Source: Oculatellaceae cyanobacterium bins.114 (GTDB lineage Bacteria > Cyanobacteriota > Cyanobacteriia > Elainellales > Elainellaceae). From it: a DNA stretch of 64,000 bases. How positions within the stretch are numbered: position 1 is the first letter of the stretch; each line of letters opens with the position of its first letter. Positions 58,232 to 64,000 of the stretch are shown here, one piece after another. A program made the position numbers and the translations under genes. The stretch is from NCBI GenBank assembly GCA_033764315.1, contig JANRJA010000205.1, positions 1-64,000 on the forward strand. The letters run 5' to 3'. Under the pieces are notes generated by a model. It was not told the origin of the DNA and did not search any database. It saw nothing but the letters and a program-made list of their open reading frames with translations.

Positions 58232-59536
58232 GTGGCGCAGGTCTTTTTAGAAAATATTTATAAAAGCTTTCAACGCCGTCAACGAGGGCAAGACAGTCGC
58301 GGCAGGGCGACTGATGCTCCCCTTGATCAAGCGGAATCTGTAGAAGCAACTCTGACTGCGGCCAGTGTTTTACGCCGCATCAATCTCACCATTCACAATG
58401 GTGAATTTATGGTGTTGGTAGGGCCGTCTGGATGTGGAAAAAGTACCCTACTGCGATTGATTGCTGGCTTAGAAGAACTGACCGCAGGCAATATTTGGGT
58501 GGGCGATCGCTTGGTGAATGACCTGCCCCCCAAGCACCGCGACATCGCTATGGTGTTTCAGAGCTATGCTCTTTATCCTCATATGACGGTCTACGACAAT
58601 CTTGCTTTTGGGTTGCGACGAACGGCAGCTACGACACAAGAGCCATCCGACCCAACTCAGCAAACGCTTCTCAATCGCTTGCAAACAACGATTACAGAAG
58701 ACGTACCCGTTGCTCTCACTCGGTCATTGCCCAAAGGATTGCGATATTGGTCTGCTAAAGAACGTTTTGTTGATCTGCGAGTTCGTACCGTTGCTCAAAT
58801 GCTGCAAATTGATGCGTTGTTAGATCGATTGCCGAAGCAGTTATCGGGAGGACAAAAACAGCGGGTGGCTTTAGGAAGGGCAATGGCTCGTAACCCACAA
58901 GTATTTTTGATGGATGAGCCGCTGTCCAATTTAGATGCTAAATTGCGGACAGAAACCCGTGCTCAAATCGTCAATTTGCAACGCAAATTAGGCATTACGA
59001 CGATCTATGTCACCCATGACCAGGTGGAAGCGATGACAATGGGCGATCGCATTGCGGTGATGAATGCGGGGCAGATTCAGCAAGTGGATACGCCCTTACA
59101 GCTCTACAATCATCCTGCTAATCGCTTTGTGGCAGAGTTCATTGGCTCTCCCACGATGAACTTTTTAACCGTGCAGGTCAAAGCTCCCTTACTGATCACT
59201 CACCCGCAGTTTCGTCTGACATTACCAGAGGTGTGGGAAGCCAAACTCAAACCCTATGATGGTCAAACCATGATTTTGGGGATTCGTCCAGAACATCTCA
59301 GTGCCAGTGTTCCGGCTCCCAAAAATCTGCCTGTACGAGTCGAGCGGGTCGAGGCATTGGGGAGTGAAACATATTTATCCGTCAGTTTTGTCAACTCGTC
59401 AACCGAAGAAAGTGAATTGCAGGTTCGGATTGAACCGGATCGACCCGTTCGCGTTGGGGAAGAAATCTGGTTGGCGATCGCCCCTGATAAAATTCATTTG
59501 TTTGATGCAAAAACTGGAGTGGCGATCGCTTCGTAA
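58232..59536 (+). CDS. Sugar ABC transporter ATP-binding protein (MalK/UgpC family)
   Basis: GPSGCGKST, VFQSYALYPH, LSGGQKQR, MDEPLSNLD, TOBE-like C-terminus. No cognate permease in the window. Confidence 0.95.
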   Translation: MAQVFLENIYKSFQRRQRGQDSRGRATDAPLDQAESVEATLTAASVLRRINLTIHNGEFMVLVGPSGCGKSTLLRLIAGLEELTAGNIWVGDRLVNDLPPKHRDIAMVFQSYALYPHMTVYDNLAFGLRRTAATTQEPSDPTQQTLLNRLQTTITEDVPVALTRSLPKGLRYWSAKERFVDLRVRTVAQMLQIDALLDRLPKQLSGGQKQRVALGRAMARNPQVFLMDEPLSNLDAKLRTETRAQIVNLQRKLGITTIYVTHDQVEAMTMGDRIAVMNAGQIQQVDTPLQLYNHPANRFVAEFIGSPTMNFLTVQVKAPLLITHPQFRLTLPEVWEAKLKPYDGQTMILGIRPEHLSASVPAPKNLPVRVERVEALGSETYLSVSFVNSSTEESELQVRIEPDRPVRVGEEIWLAIAPDKIHLFDAKTGVAIAS

Positions 59537-59539
59537 CCT

Positions 59540-59581
59540 AACAAAACAAAATCCCCGGAATCTTTAAGATGCCGGGGATTT
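59540..59581 (-). terminator. Hairpin between convergent genes, probable sigA terminator
   Basis: AAATCCCCGG/CCGGGGATTT stem followed by a T-rich run on the minus strand. Confidence 0.7.
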
Positions 59582-59598
59582 GTAGCGGAGTAAAAATC

Positions 59599-60723
59599 CT
59601 AACGGATGTACTCTTTTAGAACGCTGTTGCGGTTAGGGTGACGCAACTTGCGGAGTGCCTTGGCTTCGATTTGACGAATCCGTTCACGGGTGACGTTGAA
59701 GATCTGTCCGATTTCTTCCAGTGTCTTCATGCGTCCATCGTCTAAGCCATAGCGCAGGCGCAACACATCACGCTCACGGGGGCTAAGAGTGCCCAATACG
59801 CTTTCTAGATCTTCCCGTAAGAGGCTCTTAGAAACTTGATCTTCAGGGGTTTCACCATCCGACTCAATGAAGTCACCCAAACGAGAATCTTCTTCTTTCC
59901 CGATGGGGGTTTCTAGAGAGATGGGCAGTTGAGCTGACTTTGCAATAAAGCGCAGTTTCTCAATCGTCATCTCCATTCGAGTGGCAATTTCCTCTTCAGT
60001 GGGTTTACGACCCATTTCCTGAGAGAGCAACTTAGTTGTTTTCTTAATGCGGGAGATGGTTTCGTATAGGTGGACTGGGAGACGAATGGTTCGAGATTGG
60101 TCTGCGATCGCTCGTGTAATCGCCTGACGAATCCACCATGTTGCATAGGTCGAGAACTTATAACCCTTTTCATGGTCAAACTTCTCAGCCGCCCGGATCA
60201 AACCTAAACTGCCTTCCTGAATCAAGTCTTGGAATGACAACCCACGGTTCATATATTTCTTGGCGATCGATACCACCAATCGCAGGTTAGACTGCACCAT
60301 CTTATCTTTGGCTCGACGCCCTAAATGAAGACGGTGACGAAACGCAGGAAGCGGCATGTCAACTGCACTTGCCCACTCTTTGTCCTGGGGTTCGCGATCT
60401 AACTCGCGCATCAAATTCTCACGAATTCGCTCTAGCTCTAGCAAGTCTGCAATTTTACGGGCAAGTTCAATTTCTTCATCTGCTCGCAATAGCCGAATTC
60501 GTCCAATTTCTTGAAGATAGAGACGAATGGAATCTTCGGTGTAATGCTTTTTCTTTGCTTGAGCACGACGACGGTTCGATTTGCCTTTGACAGCCTTACC
60601 ATCGTCTTCTTCAGGCTGATTATCAAAAAACTCGTCTCGATCGTCATCTTCATCCAGCAAAATGTCGTCAAGTTCGCCTTCAGACTGATCAACAGGTTCG
60701 AGTAGGTCGTTAGCCTGGGTCAT
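59599..60723 (-). CDS. sigA: Principal RNA polymerase sigma factor SigA (RpoD1)
   Basis: [76 protein letters not shown] at 60723 with AAGGAG upstream. Confidence 0.97.
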   Translation of the reverse strand: MTQANDLLEPVDQSEGELDDILLDEDDDRDEFFDNQPEEDDGKAVKGKSNRRRAQAKKKHYTEDSIRLYLQEIGRIRLLRADEEIELARKIADLLELERIRENLMRELDREPQDKEWASAVDMPLPAFRHRLHLGRRAKDKMVQSNLRLVVSIAKKYMNRGLSFQDLIQEGSLGLIRAAEKFDHEKGYKFSTYATWWIRQAITRAIADQSRTIRLPVHLYETISRIKKTTKLLSQEMGRKPTEEEIATRMEMTIEKLRFIAKSAQLPISLETPIGKEEDSRLGDFIESDGETPEDQVSKSLLREDLESVLGTLSPRERDVLRLRYGLDDGRMKTLEEIGQIFNVTRERIRQIEAKALRKLRHPNRNSVLKEYIR

Positions 60724-61336
60724 GCCGCGCTCCTCATGCTCCTTAGGTGAAACGTGAAAAAAACAATGAAAACCAGAGAATAGCACAAATCTATCTCTAG
60801 ACTCGCCAACTACTTTTTAAGTCGCTTAGGTAGGGTGTACCTAAACGGTAAACGGTGTAGTGACTAAAAGGCACATCGCTTCCCCAAACTGGGTAGAAGC
60901 ACCAAAAAATGACTCTATTTTCAGGGCTATGTCAAGATGTCTCCGATTGTAGCTTTTCTGACAAAATTTGCACGTGTTTTCTTTGCCTTAGTCATAGAAA
61001 GGTGATAACTGGGCGGTTAATCTCTAAAATTTCTTGAGAAATTAACGCCTTGCATTTCTGGGAAGCTAACACGATAACTAAACTTCTAAGAAAGTGGCAA
61101 GTCACCTTTACAAAGGTAAGACTGCTAACAAAAACTTGCAACGTCAACAATTTTTAGGTACGTTCCAAACTAACTGAAATTCGGGAGCAATCAACCTCGA
61201 CAAATGGCTGAACTAAACTCAGCTATTATGATGAATTTCGGTGAAATTAAGGCACAGATCAGCTTGGAGTAGGGGTTGGTCTTGGGGATAGCTTGTGGCA
61301 TGGTAGAAGAAGAGCGATAAGTATTTATTATCGGAA

Positions 61337-61633
61337 ATGGCAAAGAAACAAAAATTTCCTCACCTGCTTGGCTCAAAATGGACTGCCCAACAAACCATTA
61401 TGGGTTGGCGGCATTTTCAAGTGACAAACCGGAAAAACCAGGGGCAATGGGTCTTTGCAGAACTGGTAGCGGCGTGTGATCCAGAGGTAAGGTTTTGGTT
61501 AAATGCTCAGTTGCTTAAAGATCGGGGTTTATGGCAAGCCGGATGGCAATCATTGCAGGAGATGGCTCTAGAGAATGAGGAAGAGGATGAGGAGTCTCTA
61601 CAGGTGATTCAACCCGCTGATGTGACGGCCTAG
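61337..61633 (+). CDS. TIGR02450 family Trp-rich protein
   Basis: LLGSKWTA...WRHFQV...FW.N...LKD...WQAGW. Confidence 0.88.
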   Translation: MAKKQKFPHLLGSKWTAQQTIMGWRHFQVTNRKNQGQWVFAELVAACDPEVRFWLNAQLLKDRGLWQAGWQSLQEMALENEEEDEESLQVIQPADVTA

Positions 61634-61645
61634 AGTTGATGTGAT

Positions 61646-61702
61646 GGTTAAACAGGCTTTGGGCGTGAATCATGACGATTCACGCCCAAAGCCTGTTTAA
61701 CC
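61646..61702. repeat. Perfect 26-bp inverted repeat with 5-nt loop
   Basis: GGTTAAACAGGCTTTGGGCGTGAATC-ATGAC-GATTCACGCCCAAAGCCTGTTTAACC. Confidence 0.95.
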
Positions 61703-61864
61703 TGTTATGGGAATTAAGGATTTTGGCGGTTGAAACCGCTGCTATGGAGACAAAACCGACCTACGTCGGTTCAGTAAACCTTTGATTTTGCCAGTCCGCG
61801 AAGGCGGACTTCGTTCTGGTAGCCGCGAATTTATTCGCTGGGCTGCTTAAACCGAACTGACGTT
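61699..61864 (-). mobile_element. Uninterrupted copy of the MITE at 615-872 (reverse orientation)
   Basis: Its reverse complement starts AACGTCAGTTCGGTTTAAG and shares GCGAATAAATTCGCGGCTA, GCCTTCGCG, AGGTCGGTTTTGT and GCGGTTTCAACCGCCAAAATCCT. The other TIR is degenerate. Confidence 0.85.
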
Positions 61865-61993
61865 ATTTAGGCAAAAGGTTTAGGGAGTGTATGGCACCTG
61901 AAGAGTTGATTCAAGGGTATGCAGGGACGAAGCCCCCACACCCTTTGTATCAACGATCTTGACAGCTACTGTTGCTATAGAAACAGCATTTGA

Positions 61994-64000
61994 CTAGAAG
62001 ATAAAGTTGCGTGCAGTAATCGTGTTGGCTGCAACGTTTTGTAACGTGACAAAGTTTCTAAAGCCACCGGGGCGATCGCCATTTAGGTCTAAGCGAATGA
62101 CTGTATCAGCCCCAACCTGGTTTGATTGGACGTATGCTACAAACCGATTTGCCCGCCCATAAAGAGAAGATTGAAAGAGACGAGAGACGTCAATGCGGTC
62201 TTCTCTGCGGTTGAAATCCGTGATGCGATCGCCCCGGTCTTTAGCCGCCAGATAGACAAAGCGATCGCGCCCTGCACCACCCGTAATCGTATCAGCATTA
62301 AAGTTACCCACCAGAGTATCTCGACCGTAGCCACCATTGAGGGTATCTCGACCACTGCCTCCTCTAAGGGTGTCTCTGCCAACCCCACCATTGAGGGTAT
62401 CCCAGCCTAGCCCGCCATTGATGACATCATTGCCCTGGCGACCAAAAAGAATGTCTCCACTTCTGCCGCCATTAACTAAGTCTCTGCCACGTCCGCCATT
62501 AATTTCATCGTTGCCATATTCTCCAAAAAGGCGATCGTTACCTGCCCCACCAATGATCAAGTCTTGTCCAAATCGGCCCAATATCCGGTCGTTGCCTATT
62601 CCACCATAGAGTTGGTCATTACCAAACCCACCAATGAGGCGATCGGCACCTTGTCTACCCGTGAGCACATCATTGCCAGTATTGCCTCTGAGAATATCTG
62701 TACCCGTTCCCCCATCTAGAGTGTCACTGCCTCGACCACCATATAGGACGTTAATGCCACGTCCACCATCTAAGAAGTCGTCGCCATCGCCACCGATGAT
62801 GCGATCATTACCAACTCCACCCAACAAAGTGTCATTGCCTGAACCCCCATCCAGGTAATCATTGCCTAAACCCCCGTTGAGAGCATCCGTTCCTCTCTCT
62901 CCTAAGAGGCGATCGTTGCCTTGCTTGCCTCGTAATGTGTCTTCACCCCCTGCCCCGCGCAAGATATCTCCACCCAATCCTCCATCTAACACGTCATCAC
63001 AAGCGCGACCATAGAGGCGATCGTTGCCAGCAAACCCGATCAAAGTATCTGCATCAGCAGTACCCGTTAAAGTATTGCCACTGCGATTACCTCGACGACG
63101 AATGCCCGGTTCGCATTCATCATCTTCCTCTCCAGGAGTGGGGGGAGTTGGAGGTTGACTCCTGCTACTTAAGGTGACGGTAGCAGGGGTAGGGTCAGAA
63201 TCTCCGCTATTGTCAGTTGCCGTATAAGTAAAGGTGACTCCCGTAAAAGTGCTTGTGGATTGAAAGAAGATTTGACTGACTTGATTGGGTTGGAGGGTTT
63301 GCCCAGCGGTAATCGGAGTGCCACCTGACGTGGGGTTGCCCAAAAATAGTGTGCCTTGAGTAGGTGGTGGCAGCGTTAGAACTGTAAAAGAGGTAACGGT
63401 TCCATCTGGATCAGTGCCCGTTAGTGGAGGAAGATTAACAGCCGTGCCCGGAGTCAGAGTCGTGTTAACAGGCGTTGTATTAGGCGGGGTGCTATTTTGA
63501 GTGGCAACGGTTGTAGTGTCTGTTAAGACGTTGTTGGGGATACTGGGGTCATTGATCCCTGTTGGAATTGTGATGGTCGTTGTAGCCGTTAAGACGTTAC
63601 CAATATTGGCGTTAGGTGCCACAATTCCCGTAACGGTATAGACAACACTGGCACCAGTATTTAAATTGACACGGGTATTGAAGGTATTACCTGAGCCTGA
63701 CTGATCAGCAGGTGTGGGGAAGCTACCACCCCCGGTAATTATGGCTGTCCAATTGACGTTAGTAATTTCAGGAGGAATCAACGTCGAAACATTAATGTTT
63801 CGCAGGTCAACGGTTGAGTTAGGAGAGCCAACCGTAATGGTGTAGGTAATCGGACTACCAGGAGTAACGGTGTTGCGTCCGTCTCCCCCGGTGACTGAAA
63901 TATCAACTGAGGCAGTTGGTGTAGGAAGGCTACCAAAATCGTCAAAGCCAAAGCCCGTTGGGCCTACCAGGGTTGGTGCAGCGGTAGTTTGATTGAGCCG
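61994..64000 (-). CDS. Secreted RTX-type Ca-binding protein with DUF11- and cadherin-like domains (5' end outside the window)
   Basis: The frame is open from 64000 to the stop at 61994. PGSPITYTITV (DUF11-like), GTDPDGTV...FTYTATDNSG (cadherin-like), many GGxGxDxLx nonamers, DRITDF C-terminus. Confidence 0.92.
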   Translation of the reverse strand, partial: RLNQTTAAPTLVGPTGFGFDDFGSLPTPTASVDISVTGGDGRNTVTPGSPITYTITVGSPNSTVDLRNINVSTLIPPEITNVNWTAIITGGGSFPTPADQSGSGNTFNTRVNLNTGASVVYTVTGIVAPNANIGNVLTATTTITIPTGINDPSIPNNVLTDTTTVATQNSTPPNTTPVNTTLTPGTAVNLPPLTGTDPDGTVTSFTVLTLPPPTQGTLFLGNPTSGGTPITAGQTLQPNQVSQIFFQSTSTFTGVTFTYTATDNSGDSDPTPATVTLSSRSQPPTPPTPGEEDDECEPGIRRRGNRSGNTLTGTADADTLIGFAGNDRLYGRACDDVLDGGLGGDILRGAGGEDTLRGKQGNDRLLGERGTDALNGGLGNDYLDGGSGNDTLLGGVGNDRIIGGDGDDFLDGGRGINVLYGGRGSDTLDGGTGTDILRGNTGNDVLTGRQGADRLIGGFGNDQLYGGIGNDRILGRFGQDLIIGGAGNDRLFGEYGNDEINGGRGRDLVNGGRSGDILFGRQGNDVINGGLGWDTLNGGVGRDTLRGGSGRDTLNGGYGRDTLVGNFNADTITGGAGRDRFVYLAAKDRGDRITDFNRREDRIDVSRLFQSSLYGRANRFVAYVQSNQVGADTVIRLDLNGDRPGGFRNFVTLQNVAANTITARNFIF

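Overview
Cyanobacterial chromosomal DNA. The evidence is very dense HIP1 (GCGATCGC) octamers plus sasA, ycf51, clpR-clpP3, a PSII S4-domain protein and a cyanobacterial-type sigA. Most of the window is core housekeeping: clpS, a J-domain gene, a Clp operon, holB-tmk, sasA, metG, tRNA-Asn, sufU, rpsB-tsf, recG, a gyrA/parC-like gene and sigA, interspersed with kinases and glycosyltransferases. The best candidate for an uncharacterised system is the accessory block at about 11.3-15.5 kb. It holds a P-loop ATPase gene tightly coupled to a gene encoding a probable degenerate-ATPase-like N-domain followed by ten near-identical 42-aa TPR repeats with hypervariable positions, which resembles a split NLR. 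Upstream lies an indel-free 16 x 21-bp array. Downstream lie two relic copies of the gene's 3' end. Other notable items: a second catalytically dead Clp subunit that looks like a ClpP3/ClpR chimera, a MITE nested in another MITE whose empty form occurs at 61.7 kb, a thioester-less alpha-2-macroglobulin without pbpC, and a split PES/ELT-like acyltransferase-hydrolase pair. All family assignments come from motif recognition by eye; no database searches were run.
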